Origin: Longimicrobiales bacterium
Lineage (GTDB): Bacteria > Gemmatimonadota > Gemmatimonadetes > Longimicrobiales > Gaopeijiaceae
Direction: 5' to 3'
Assembly (NCBI GenBank): GCA_965218295.1
Contig: CBDCKN010000009.1
Span: forward strand, 352,001-416,000
DNA: 64,000 bases
Below the pieces are notes generated by a model. It saw nothing but the letters and a program-made list of their open reading frames with translations. It made no database searches and was not told where the DNA came from. Shown here in pieces: positions 38,974 through 49,019 of this stretch. Positions within the stretch are counted from its first letter, which is position 1; each line of letters begins with the position of its first letter. A program made the position numbers and the translations under genes.

Positions 38974-39840
38974 TCAGGCGGCCAAGTCGGCGAAGGTGCT
39001 CAGCGAGTAGCCCTCTCGCTCGAGCGAGTTCCTTAGCTCCGGATCAGTCAGCGCGGCGGTCTCACCACTCCAGTCGTATCCCCAAGGGCACCGCTCCTGG
39101 AGCGAGCGTGACGTGACGCCCGGGTGGGCGACCAGCTCAGCGACCCCCCCGCCCGCCTTGTCGGTTCTCAGGCCGCGCAGGATGCGATCGGTGCTCAGGT
39201 GTCCGCTGTGGCCCAACGCGGGGGTCGAGTCGGGCGAACGGAGCGGCCGCAGCGAGGCGCGCCGCACGCTTTGCAGCACGTTCAGCCCGGATCTCATCAC
39301 CATTAGAGTCGGGCTCGGCGTCCCGGCCCCGATCGGATCGAAGCGGGGAACGCGGATCCAGCGGATGTCGTTTTCGAGCGCCAGCTCCACGACGGCCGGC
39401 CAGATCGTGGGCAGTAGGTGAACGTGTTGGTGGGCGTCCAAGTGGCTCGGCCGGATGCCGACCTCGAGCAGCTTGGCAAGTTGGGCCTCGAGTTCACGGC
39501 GCACCGCCTTTCCGGAGACCTGTCCGGTGAGCACCCGGCCGACCAGGGCCGAATGGTCCTTCGGAAACTGGCCGTCAGACCGGGCCAGTCCTCCCAGCGA
39601 CTTCGCCGGCGAGAGCGGGCGCTCTTCGACCAGTGTGAGATGCAGCCCGATATCCAAGTGGGGACACCGGGCACAGGTCGCTACGCCGTCCTCGAACGCC
39701 TCAGCGACTACCGAGAACGAAGCGCTCGTAACGATGCCTTCCCGATGTGCCTTTTCGATGCCTCGGTTGATGTCCGTGTGCAAACCGAGGTCGTCGGCGT
39801 TCACGATGAGGATGCGATCAGCTGGGCCGGAGCCGGCCAC
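38974..39840 (-). CDS. ChbG/YdjC/HpnK family carbohydrate deacetylase
   Basis: VNADDLG, GLHLTL, SHLDAHQHVH, HPG. Confidence 0.9.
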   Translation of the reverse strand: MAGSGPADRILIVNADDLGLHTDINRGIEKAHREGIVTSASFSVVAEAFEDGVATCARCPHLDIGLHLTLVEERPLSPAKSLGGLARSDGQFPKDHSALVGRVLTGQVSGKAVRRELEAQLAKLLEVGIRPSHLDAHQHVHLLPTIWPAVVELALENDIRWIRVPRFDPIGAGTPSPTLMVMRSGLNVLQSVRRASLRPLRSPDSTPALGHSGHLSTDRILRGLRTDKAGGGVAELVAHPGVTSRSLQERCPWGYDWSGETAALTDPELRNSLEREGYSLSTFADLAA

Positions 39841-40929
39841 TCATGCTTCCTTCACGGATGGAGTGACGGGCTCGGGCAGGGACTCCGTCTTGGTCGTGGC
39901 TGGCTCCGCGGACGGGCTCCCGACGTCGGCCGCTTCTTTGAACGACGATGCGCGCACGACGTACGTCGGCCGACCCTTCGTCTGGTCGTACGCACGCCCC
40001 AGGTATTCGCCGAGCAGCCCAATCCCGATGAGTTGAGCGCCACCGAGGAAAGTGATCGCGGCGGCTAGGGTTGCCCAGCCGGGCGGGGAGACGGCCGTCT
40101 CTCCCGTGATGAGCGCGTACGCACCCGCGACTACAGCGACGACACCGTACAAGAATGAGAGGAAGGCGAGCGAGATACCGACCACGGTGAAGAGTCGCAG
40201 CGGCAGGATCGAGAACGAAAAGATTCCGGTGGTCACCAGACGGAGCAGCTGCCGGAAGGCGTACTTCCCCTCGCCGGCGAAGCGGGGGCGCACTTCGTAG
40301 TCGAGTCCGATTTGCCGGAAGCCGATCCAGTCGACGAGGCCGCGAAGGAACTTCTCGCGCTCGGGCATCGCAACGAGCGCGTCCACCACGGCCCGGTCGA
40401 GCAGGCGGAAGTCGGACTGACCGAACTGCAGCTTCATCCCCGACACGAAGCGGAGCACACCGTACCCCATCTTCATGAACAGGCGGCGGTGCAGCGAGAG
40501 CGCCTGCAGGGAGCCTCGTTTGATGGTGTACACGACGTCGTACCCGGACCTCCAGAGCTCCACCATCTCGGGCAGCAGCTCCGGCGGGTGCTGAAGGTCG
40601 GCGTCCATGGAGACCACGACGTCACCTCGTGCGTGCTCCAACCCCGCCACGATGGCCGCCTGGTGTCCGAAACTCCGGGAAAGGCTCACGTATCGGACGC
40701 GCGGGTCACCCGCGTGCAGCTCTTCGAGAAGGGAGAGCGTGCCGTCCTCGCTGCCGTCATCCACGACGATGAGCTCGAAGTCGTCTGCGAGTTTAGGCAG
40801 GACCGCACACAACTCATTGACCAGTCGTTCCAGACCCTCGGCCTCATTCAGCGCCGGGGTGACGACCGTTAGCAGACGGGGGCGGGCCCGGCTCGGTGTT
40901 CCGGTGGGCGGGGAAGAGTTGTCGGACAA
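39841..40929 (-). CDS. GT2 polyprenol-phosphate glycosyltransferase (GtrB/ArnC-like)
   Basis: PALNE, DDGSED, RSFGHQAA, DADLQHPP, two C-terminal TMs, GEYLGR. Confidence 0.92.
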   Translation of the reverse strand: MSDNSSPPTGTPSRARPRLLTVVTPALNEAEGLERLVNELCAVLPKLADDFELIVVDDGSEDGTLSLLEELHAGDPRVRYVSLSRSFGHQAAIVAGLEHARGDVVVSMDADLQHPPELLPEMVELWRSGYDVVYTIKRGSLQALSLHRRLFMKMGYGVLRFVSGMKLQFGQSDFRLLDRAVVDALVAMPEREKFLRGLVDWIGFRQIGLDYEVRPRFAGEGKYAFRQLLRLVTTGIFSFSILPLRLFTVVGISLAFLSFLYGVVAVVAGAYALITGETAVSPPGWATLAAAITFLGGAQLIGIGLLGEYLGRAYDQTKGRPTYVVRASSFKEAADVGSPSAEPATTKTESLPEPVTPSVKEA

Positions 40930-41045
40930 TGCGATCTCCGGGTGCCGAGTGCAGTTCGGGGCGTGACTACAATATGCGTCGCGCGACTCGAAGAAGGGTA
41001 GCAGTCTACGGGCGTAGCCGTTTTGCCCCGAGTCGCGCAGGCCCC

Positions 41046-42794
41046 CTAGATCCTCGCCTGCACCGTGTAGAGCTGGTGATAGCGCCCGTCGACGGCGATG
41101 AGGTCCTCGTGGCGCCCTCGCTCTACGATCTGCCCGTCCTCGATGACCAGGATCAGGTCGGCCCGCTGGATGGTCGAGAGCCGGTGCGCGATGACGAAGG
41201 TGGTTCGGCCCTGGAGCAGCTGCCCCAGGCTCTCCTGGATGAACGCTTCGCTTTCGGTGTCGAGGCTGGACGTCGCCTCGTCGAGTAGGAGGATCCGCGG
41301 GTTCGACAGGATCGCCCGGGCGATGGTCACGCGCTGGCGCTGACCGCCCGAGAGCTTAACCCCGCGCTCGCCGATCACGGTGTCCAGGCCCTCGGGGAAG
41401 CGATCCGTGAACTCGGTCACGTGGGCCTGCCGGGTGGCTGTCTTCAGATCCGCATCCGAAGCGCCTGCGCGGGCGAACAGCAGGTTCTCACGGATGGTCC
41501 CGTCGAAGAGGAAATCGTCCTGGAGGACCAGGCCGAGCTGCTCCCGGTAGCTGGCCAGCTTCACGGTGGCGAGGTCGACGCCGTCGACGAGCACCCGCCC
41601 TGTGTCCGGTGTGAGGAACGTGGCGGCCAGCCCGGCCAGGGTGGACTTCCCCGAGCCCGAGCTGCCCACCAGTGCGATGACCGTGCCCGAATCCGCCTCG
41701 AAGCTGATGCCCTTGAGGACGGGCTTGTCTTCATCGTACGCGAAGCACACATCCTCGAAGATCACGTGGCCCTCGATGGGAGGCATGGTCTCGGTCCGGC
41801 GGGGATCGTCGTCCTCGCCCGGCCAGGAGAGGAGCTCTTCGGTGCGGTCGAGGCCGGCGAAGGCTTCGGTCATCTGGGTGCCGATGTTGGACATCTGGAC
41901 GATGGGTCCCACCAGGAAGCCCATGAATAGCGTGAATGAGAATAACTCTCCCAGCGTGAGGGAGCCCTGGAGGATCATTCGGCCGCCGTACCCCACGATG
42001 AGCACGCTGGCGAGGCCCATGAAGAACGTGCCCAGGCTGGTGACCGTGCTGGACGTGGTGAGCGTGGTCTTCACGTTGTCGAAGATGCGGAGCACGCCGG
42101 CCTCGAAGATCGCGCCTTCCTTCTCCACGGCGTGGAAGCCCTTGATCACGCGGATCCCTCCCAGGGCCTCGGTCAGCCGCCCGGTGACCTCCGCGCGGAT
42201 CTCGCCGCGTTGGCGGAAAGCGGGCCGAAGCGTCTGAAAGGCCCTTGTCGCGACAAAGCTGAAGAGCGCCAGCGGGACGAGCGCCAGGAGCGTCATGATC
42301 ACGTCGATGCGCACCAGGAAGATAAAAGCCACCGCGGCCGTGATGGTGCCGCCCACCAGCTGCACGAGCCCGGTGCCCACCAGGTTCCGCACGCCCTCCA
42401 CGTCGTCCATGATCCGAGACACCAGCTCACCCGTCTTGGTGTCGTCGAACGTCCGGATGGGTAGCTGGAGCACGTGCTTCTGTACCTGGGCCCTGAGATT
42501 CGCGATCAGGTGTTGAGCCTCGACGCTGAGGAGCATCGTCAACAGAAACGCGGTACCGGCCTGAATGGCTATGGCGACGGCCAGCAGGCCCAGCAGCTTG
42601 AAGAGGAGGTCGATCTGTCCCTGCCCCAGGACCTCGTCGATGAGGTACTTGGTGGAGGCTGGAAGGACGAGCCCGCTCAGTCGGTTGAGCAGGATGAGGA
42701 AGAGACCGAGGGAAATGAGCTTCCGGCGAGGCCAAATGATCTCGTGGAAGGCGTTTCGGAGGCTAGCGCCGGTGACCTTGGGCTTCTTTGACAT
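41046..42794 (-). CDS. ABC exporter, fused permease/ATPase (MsbA-like)
   Basis: GSSGSGKS, LSGGQRQR, LLDEATSSLD. Confidence 0.92.
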   Translation of the reverse strand: MSKKPKVTGASLRNAFHEIIWPRRKLISLGLFLILLNRLSGLVLPASTKYLIDEVLGQGQIDLLFKLLGLLAVAIAIQAGTAFLLTMLLSVEAQHLIANLRAQVQKHVLQLPIRTFDDTKTGELVSRIMDDVEGVRNLVGTGLVQLVGGTITAAVAFIFLVRIDVIMTLLALVPLALFSFVATRAFQTLRPAFRQRGEIRAEVTGRLTEALGGIRVIKGFHAVEKEGAIFEAGVLRIFDNVKTTLTTSSTVTSLGTFFMGLASVLIVGYGGRMILQGSLTLGELFSFTLFMGFLVGPIVQMSNIGTQMTEAFAGLDRTEELLSWPGEDDDPRRTETMPPIEGHVIFEDVCFAYDEDKPVLKGISFEADSGTVIALVGSSGSGKSTLAGLAATFLTPDTGRVLVDGVDLATVKLASYREQLGLVLQDDFLFDGTIRENLLFARAGASDADLKTATRQAHVTEFTDRFPEGLDTVIGERGVKLSGGQRQRVTIARAILSNPRILLLDEATSSLDTESEAFIQESLGQLLQGRTTFVIAHRLSTIQRADLILVIEDGQIVERGRHEDLIAVDGRYHQLYTVQARI

Positions 42795-42882
42795 GTCGCA
42801 GGATCGGGGTGGGTTCGGCCTCGTGGCCTTCAATGGCGGCCTAAAGATAGTCCTTGAGCACCCTCTGCGGTGATCGAGGTCG

Positions 42883-42962
42883 CTAGGCCCCGCTGAGCAG
42901 GACTTGGCCCCACTGAGCAGGACTTGGCCACGCTGGGCAGGACTAGGCCACGCTGAACAGGA
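42883..42962. repeat. Four imperfect 20-bp tandem repeats copying the DUF2182 3' end
   Basis: ct[a/t]ggcc[c/a]c[g/a]ctg..cagga at 42883, 42903, 42923 and 42943. Confidence 0.85.
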
Positions 42963-43569
42963 CCAGCCCCCACACCACGAGCGCTGCCCCGGCGAGCCTA
43001 CCGATCCGCTCGCCTCGGGGCGCGAGAGTCTCCGCGGCGATCACCACCGTGAGGACTGCCATCCACGCCAGGTTCATCACGCCAAGGGCGAAGCCTGTGA
43101 GCATGAGCGCCCAGCAACACCCCACACAGAAGGCGCCGTGTGACAAACCCATGCGGAACGCGCCGCCTGGGCCGTTACGCCACCGCGAGAGGAAGTAGCT
43201 CATCGGTGTACGGCAGTGCTCGAGGCACGCCGTCTTCGACGGTGTCACCTGATGGAGACCGGCTACCACGAGAACCAGGCCGGCCAACGGCGTGGCCAAC
43301 GCCGCAGACGCTCCCAGGAGCCCCCATGAGCGGAGGCCGATCTGGAGCGACGCACCCACCACGCTGAAGGCAAGCCACGCGGCGAAGTACCCGAGGCCGA
43401 AGAGCGCCACCCAGCCGCCTCGGACCGCGCCCGACTCCCGGTCTCTGGCGAGGGCGGCGAAGCCGATGAGCCACGGGAGGACGGCCGGCAGCATCATGAC
43501 CACCATCATGAGCATCCACATGGCGGTGGTCGCCACAAGGCCGGCTCCATGGGATGTGGACGTAATCAT
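42943..43569 (-). CDS. DUF2182 predicted metal-binding membrane protein
   Basis: WMLMMVVMMLP, KTACLEHCRTP, CVGCCWALM, GVMNLAWM. Confidence 0.88.
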   Translation of the reverse strand: MITSTSHGAGLVATTAMWMLMMVVMMLPAVLPWLIGFAALARDRESGAVRGGWVALFGLGYFAAWLAFSVVGASLQIGLRSWGLLGASAALATPLAGLVLVVAGLHQVTPSKTACLEHCRTPMSYFLSRWRNGPGGAFRMGLSHGAFCVGCCWALMLTGFALGVMNLAWMAVLTVVIAAETLAPRGERIGRLAGAALVVWGLVLFSVA

Positions 43570-44240
43570 GCGGCGTCGACCGCCCAGTCGAAGTCGGAGT
43601 AGAGGGCGTGGGTGCCCTCGTTCGCGACGACGATCTCGCCGTCGTCGTAGGTGGTGCTGCCCCGGGCGATGACCTGGGTGGGGGCGTGGATCTGATTGAA
43701 GATGTTCTGGAAGGTCACCGGCCGATCCCGGTCCCTCCCCTGGATATTCTCCACCGTGCCTTCCAAAAGACCTTCGATGACGATCCGCTTCACCGCACCT
43801 TCGTCGGCGATGTCGATGGGGAGCGCCTGGGTGGGGAGCCGCCGTTCGACGAAGCGGTCCAGGACCTCCCACGGCCCACCCGCATGACCAGTGAGAATGG
43901 CCTCCGCCGCCGAGCGCTGTGCATCCGACGCGGCCTCGTCGAGAATGAGCACCTCGGTCCAACCGCCCGAGATCATGTGCTGGGGGGAATCGTACGCGAT
44001 GACGGCGCTCACTCCGGCGAGGTCGACGTCTCCGTACGCGCCCTCGTCCACCCGGAGGGCCCAGTAACCGACGCAGCGCTCGTGGGTGCAGTGGTTGGAG
44101 AAGTGCATGTGGCCAGGGCACACCACCTGGCAGTTGCAGTTCTCGAAGAGGAGGCCTTTGACCCACCACGAGATGCCAGCCGACCTCCCCTCATCCCTGG
44201 TGCCGCCGTCTCCGGACGCGTCGGTGGAAAGATCCGTCAT
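43566..44240 (-). CDS. DUF1326 domain protein
   Basis: ENCNCQVVCPGH, GAYGDVDLAG, DEAASDAQR, GGPW. Confidence 0.85.
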   Translation of the reverse strand: MTDLSTDASGDGGTRDEGRSAGISWWVKGLLFENCNCQVVCPGHMHFSNHCTHERCVGYWALRVDEGAYGDVDLAGVSAVIAYDSPQHMISGGWTEVLILDEAASDAQRSAAEAILTGHAGGPWEVLDRFVERRLPTQALPIDIADEGAVKRIVIEGLLEGTVENIQGRDRDRPVTFQNIFNQIHAPTQVIARGSTTYDDGEIVVANEGTHALYSDFDWAVDAA

Positions 44241-44347
44241 GCTATGCCTTGCCTTCTGCCTGGGTCATTCATCGTCTTCCGTCCCTTCGTGGGTACGCTC
44301 AGGATCTCGCCGGGGACGCCGGGCCGGAGCGGGGGGCAGCGAGGGAT

Positions 44348-44983
44348 TCAGCGTCGGGTGGATGTGATCTCGATCATCATGAATGGCGGTCCGTCTCGGG
44401 TGTGGAGGGCGTCCTTGAACCAGATCTCCATGACGTACGTGTCGTCGTCCACGAAGCGTGTCCTGAAGTCGTACTCCTGGAGATGGCCGAAGATGGGATC
44501 ATAATCCTCACCGGACATTGTGATGGTCCGGGTCTCCTCGTCGTACGTGCCCTTGGCGGTTACCCAGTAGGTGCCCTCGGTGTCCATCCCGATCGTGTTG
44601 AACTCCTCGGACCTCCGGTCGAAGCCGAGAAGGGACATACTTCCCCCTTCTACGCCGGGGAGGTGCAGGTCCGACTCGGTCTTGAGAAAGCGCCCGCCGA
44701 GGATCATCTCGTTGGTGGCCATCCCCTCCATGGTCATAACGTCGGCCCCCGGGGCGGGAGTGAGCTTCAATACCTGGTGCCACTCTCCGACGAGGGTCGC
44801 CATGAGCGCGTGCTCCTCACCCGGCTGGGCGGCCGTGCCCATCCGGCGCTGAATGTCAGCCAGCTCCTTGGCGGTCATCCCTTCGGGGAGCTGTATCTGA
44901 GCCGCCGCCGGAGGCTGCCCGAGAACGGCCGCCCCGAGCAGAAGGAAAAGGCTGCGCGCCAGGGGTCGGTTGTGGGTCCTCAT
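44348..44983 (-). CDS. DUF1579 domain exported protein
   Basis: PGEEH..M..LVGEW, ILGGRFL, GFD, MEIT. Confidence 0.8.
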   Translation of the reverse strand: MRTHNRPLARSLFLLLGAAVLGQPPAAAQIQLPEGMTAKELADIQRRMGTAAQPGEEHALMATLVGEWHQVLKLTPAPGADVMTMEGMATNEMILGGRFLKTESDLHLPGVEGGSMSLLGFDRRSEEFNTIGMDTEGTYWVTAKGTYDEETRTITMSGEDYDPIFGHLQEYDFRTRFVDDDTYVMEIWFKDALHTRDGPPFMMIEITSTRR

Positions 44984-45175
44984 GATGTCACTCCTCTGCC
45001 TCATGGTCTTCGGAGGTGGTCGGACGTGAAAGTGCCGGATAACCGGCCAGGAGAAACGGAAGCTCCGCCCTTCTTGGACTTCCGTGTCGTCGTATTTGTT
45101 CACGAGCTGCAGGCGAGAAACAGCACAACGACGGCAGCGAGCGCGAGCCGGCGCTCTACGGTCACGCCAGAGGTC

Positions 45176-45496
45176 CTACTCCTCGACCTTGTCGGAGCCC
45201 GGCCCCCGCTCGACCTCGATGGAGCAGCTCGCGACGAGTGCCGCGACTGCGCCGATAGCTGCCCACATGGGAGCCAGCACTGCCCCCACCACGCCCACGG
45301 AGAGGGGCACCTCGATGAGTGACCTGCCCTCTTCGTTCTTGATGATGATCCGCCGTACGTTTCCTTGATGGATCAGCTCCTTGATCTTGCCGATCACTTT
45401 GTCGCCGCTGACCCTGTGCTCCTCGCGGGTCTTGCCTCCTGCGTCTCCCTCGATCTGACGCTCGGTTCCTGCGGTCTCATCGTCCATTTCGTCCAC
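45176..45496 (-). CDS. DUF4342 domain protein
   Basis: KIKELIHQGNVRRIIIK...EVPLSVGVVGAVLAP. Confidence 0.85.
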   Translation of the reverse strand: MDEMDDETAGTERQIEGDAGGKTREEHRVSGDKVIGKIKELIHQGNVRRIIIKNEEGRSLIEVPLSVGVVGAVLAPMWAAIGAVAALVASCSIEVERGPGSDKVEE

Positions 45497-45636
45497 TCCT
45501 AGTGTCGGCCTTCAGCCGGCTCAAGCTCTCAGTGTGGCTGCAACGCCACACAAGTCTAAGATCCGTGCGCGGATGCCGCGATGATTCGAGAAGCCGGACC
45601 TGGTATCTTGGTAGCTCGCGGATTGGAAACGGAACA

Positions 45637-47361
45637 CTAGGCGCTGATCTCGTGTGCCTCTCCGGCGCCTCTGGGCACGCGGATGAGGGCGACCAGATGT
45701 GCGATTCTGGCCGGAGGCGCGGGGGTGAAGCGCGACACCGTCCACGCCACCGCGAAGTTCACGAGCATGCCCACGGTGCCGATCCCTTCGGGCGAGATCC
45801 CGAACCACCAGTGCTCGGCCGTGTTGGCTGCGGGGTTCACGAACTTGAAGTAGACGATGTACGCGGCCGTCAGCGAGATCCCGGAGATCATCCCCAGGAC
45901 GGCCCCTTCCCGGTTCATGCGCTTCGAGAAGATCCCCATGATGAACGCCGGGAAGAACGATGCCGCCGCGAGCCCGAAAGCGAAGGCCACCACCTCAGCC
46001 ACGAATCCGGGAGGGTTGATCCCCAGGTAGCCCGCCACGATGACGGCCGCCCCGGCGCTCACGCGGGCGGCGATGAGCTCGCCTCGCTCGGTGATGTCCG
46101 GCTTGAAGCCCCGTTTCAGCAGGTCGTGGCTCACCGCCGAGGAGACCACCAGAAGGAGTCCCGCCGCCGTCGAGAGGGCCGCGGCCAATCCGCCCGCCGC
46201 CACGAGCCCGATCACCCAGTTGGGGAGTCCCGAGATCTCCGGATTGGCCAGCACCATGATGTCCTGGTCGATCGCGAGCTCGTTCTCCACCGTAGCTCCC
46301 CGAGCGTCCTCGGCTCCCGGTCCCACGAACTGGATGCGCCCGTCTCCGTTTCTGTCGTCGAAGGAGATGAGGCCTGTCTCCTCCCACTTGGTGAACCACT
46401 CGGGCATCTCCGAGTAGAGCTGCTCGGAGACGGTGTTGATCAGATTCATGCGGGCGAACACCGCCACGGCAGGCGCGGCCGTATAGAGGAGGGCGATGAA
46501 GACCAGGGCCCACCCGACGCTGAGGCGGGCGTCCCGAACCTTAGGCACCGTGTAGAAGCGGACCATGACGTGGGGAAGCCCCGCCGTCCCCACCATGAGG
46601 GCCGCGGTGATGGCGAACACGTCAATGGTGGTCTTCGTCCCGGAGGTGTATGGGGTGAATCCCAGCTCCTCGTGCAGTCCGTTGAGCCGATCGAGAAGGA
46701 AGGTCCCGCTCTCCTGGTCCATCCCTCCGAAGCCCAGCTGCGGTATGGCGTTTCCGGTGATGAGAAGGGAAAGGAAGATCGCCGGGACGAGGTACGCGAA
46801 GATCAACACGCAGTACTGGGCGACCTGGGTATAGGTGATGCCCTTCATCCCGCCCAGGACCGCGTAAAAGAACACGATCCCCATGCCGATGAGCACGCCG
46901 ATCTCCACCGGCACCTCCAGGAACCGACCGAAGACGATCCCCACACCCCTCATCTGGCCGGCAACGTACGTGAACGAAACGAAGATGGCGCAGACGACCG
47001 CCACCATTCGGGCCGTCTGCGAGTAGTAGCGGTCGCCCACGAAGTCGGGGACCGTGTAGGCTCCGAACTTCCGGAGGTAGGGAGCCAGCAGAAGGGCCAG
47101 GAGCACGTACCCGCCGGTCCACCCCATGAGATAGACCGAGCCGTCGTAACCCCGAAACGAGATGAGGCCCGCCATGGAGATGAACGACGCGGCAGACATC
47201 CAGTCGGCGGCCGTGGCCATGCCGTTGGCCAGGGGCGAGACGCCGGTGCCGGCGACGTAGAACTCCTTGGTGGAGTGCGCCCGCGACAAGATGGCCACCC
47301 CGATGTACAGGGCGAAGGAGAGGCCCACCAGGACGAAGGTCCAGGCCTGGACGGTCATCAA
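45637..47361 (-). CDS. actP: Cation/acetate symporter (SSS family)
   Basis: NGMATAADWMSAASF, GTAGLPHV..RFYT, AAALSTAAGLL. Confidence 0.85.
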   Translation of the reverse strand: MMTVQAWTFVLVGLSFALYIGVAILSRAHSTKEFYVAGTGVSPLANGMATAADWMSAASFISMAGLISFRGYDGSVYLMGWTGGYVLLALLLAPYLRKFGAYTVPDFVGDRYYSQTARMVAVVCAIFVSFTYVAGQMRGVGIVFGRFLEVPVEIGVLIGMGIVFFYAVLGGMKGITYTQVAQYCVLIFAYLVPAIFLSLLITGNAIPQLGFGGMDQESGTFLLDRLNGLHEELGFTPYTSGTKTTIDVFAITAALMVGTAGLPHVMVRFYTVPKVRDARLSVGWALVFIALLYTAAPAVAVFARMNLINTVSEQLYSEMPEWFTKWEETGLISFDDRNGDGRIQFVGPGAEDARGATVENELAIDQDIMVLANPEISGLPNWVIGLVAAGGLAAALSTAAGLLLVVSSAVSHDLLKRGFKPDITERGELIAARVSAGAAVIVAGYLGINPPGFVAEVVAFAFGLAAASFFPAFIMGIFSKRMNREGAVLGMISGISLTAAYIVYFKFVNPAANTAEHWWFGISPEGIGTVGMLVNFAVAWTVSRFTPAPPARIAHLVALIRVPRGAGEAHEISA

Positions 47362-47660
47362 TCGCCGTCCTCGTCCAGGCCGAACTTCCGGTCCAGGCGG
47401 TTCATGAGGACCACGTAGACGAAGATCAGGACGACGAAGGTGTAGATGGAGCCCTGTTGGGCGAACCAGAAGCCCAGAGGAAAGCCTGTGCCCGGGATGC
47501 GGATGGTGTTGAGCTGCTCGACGAACAGGATTCCCGCCCCATACGAGACCAGGAACCAGATGGTGAGCAGAACCGCGACGTACGTGAGGTTCCGGCGCCA
47601 GTAGGCGGTGGGGCTGGCTGCCGAGTCGTAATCACCGTCTGTGGATGTCGGATCTCTCAA
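47358..47660 (-). CDS. DUF4212 solute symporter small subunit
   Basis: YWRRNL...GFPLGFWFAQQGSIY; coupled to actP. Confidence 0.88.
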   Translation of the reverse strand: MRDPTSTDGDYDSAASPTAYWRRNLTYVAVLLTIWFLVSYGAGILFVEQLNTIRIPGTGFPLGFWFAQQGSIYTFVVLIFVYVVLMNRLDRKFGLDEDGD

Positions 47661-47824
47661 GCTCGACGCCTCTTCGATGGGCAGTGTCGGACACAGGGCG
47701 CCGTTATGGTGTAGTGAAGGCTGGCGTCGCGCAAATCAGCCAGGATGGCCGAGGTCGAAGATTGCCAACTCCGTCGGGATGACGGCAGAATTCGATCCCA
47801 CCCAAAGCCCGGGAGGGATGAGCC

Positions 47825-49000
47825 ATGAAGGAACCGCTATCCGCACGGGACGGGTTCGCTTCGTTCGGAATTACCGGCCGCGCCGTTGCAGTGGCGGCCG
47901 TTGCCGGCGCGGCCCTGACGCTGTGCACGACGCCCGCCGAGACTCCCACAACCACGGTGGTCACTTCGTCGCCCCTGCAGGTCGAGATTCTGGTGTTCGG
48001 ACTGGACACGCCCTGGGATCTGGCTTGGGGACCCGACGGCTCCATCTGGGTGACCGAGCGGCCCGGGCTGGTCTCCAGGGTCGACCCGAGCACCGGCACG
48101 GTCACGCCCGTGGGTGAGGTAGAGGTCCTGGAGCGGGGAGAGAGCGGCCTCATGGGCATGGCCTTCCACCCTGACTTCGCGAATGAGCCGTACGTATACC
48201 TGGCCCATTCCTACGGTGACGGAGGGGATATCAAGAATCGCTTGATTCGCATGCGATATGACGGCGCGAGGCTAGGCCAAACCGAGATTCTCATCGACGA
48301 CATCCCCGGTCGCAGCAACCACGACGGGTCGCGCTTGGCCGTCGGCCCTGATGGATATCTATACATGACCATGGGAGATGCGGGCCGGGCGAGCCTGGCC
48401 CAGGACCTGGGATCCCTTTCCGGAAAGGTGTTGCGCGTCACGCTGGATGGCCGTCCGGTGCCCGACAACCCTTTCGGCTCCCTGGTCTACTCCTACGGGC
48501 ACCGGAACCCCCAGGGCATCGTGTTCCACCCGCGCACGGGAGATCTCTACGTGGCAGAGCACGGTCCCAGCGACAACGACGAGGTCAGTCGGATCGTGAG
48601 GGGCGGGAACTTCGGCTGGCCCGACGTTCACGGCTTCTGTGACGGAGACACGTCGGGGGAGCAGGCCTTCTGCGCGAGCAATGTGGTGGAGGAGCCTCTG
48701 GAGGCTTGGACTCCCACCATAGGGATCTCCGGGGCGGACTACTACGACGGCGATCTGATTCCCGAGTGGAAGGGGAGCCTGCTCGTCACGTCGCTCATTG
48801 GCGAGACGCTGTACCGCCTCGAGCTCTCCGCCGACGGACGGCGGGTAGTGGGCCGTGAGGCCCTCTACCAAAGGGAGTTCGGGCGCCTCCGCGACGTTCT
48901 GGTGGGGCCAGGTGGGGGGGTGTATCTGGCCACGAGCAATCGCGATGGCCGTGGCAACCCTTTCGGCGGCGACGATCGCATCCTGCTGATCAGGCGCTAG
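47825..49000 (+). CDS. Glucose/sorbosone (soluble PQQ-type) dehydrogenase family
   Basis: PWDLAW, ERPG, HDGSRL, YGHRNPQG, GNFGWP, GRLRDV. Confidence 0.9.
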   Translation: MKEPLSARDGFASFGITGRAVAVAAVAGAALTLCTTPAETPTTTVVTSSPLQVEILVFGLDTPWDLAWGPDGSIWVTERPGLVSRVDPSTGTVTPVGEVEVLERGESGLMGMAFHPDFANEPYVYLAHSYGDGGDIKNRLIRMRYDGARLGQTEILIDDIPGRSNHDGSRLAVGPDGYLYMTMGDAGRASLAQDLGSLSGKVLRVTLDGRPVPDNPFGSLVYSYGHRNPQGIVFHPRTGDLYVAEHGPSDNDEVSRIVRGGNFGWPDVHGFCDGDTSGEQAFCASNVVEEPLEAWTPTIGISGADYYDGDLIPEWKGSLLVTSLIGETLYRLELSADGRRVVGREALYQREFGRLRDVLVGPGGGVYLATSNRDGRGNPFGGDDRILLIRR

Positions 49001-49019
49001 GGCTGATCGGGCGCTAGGA

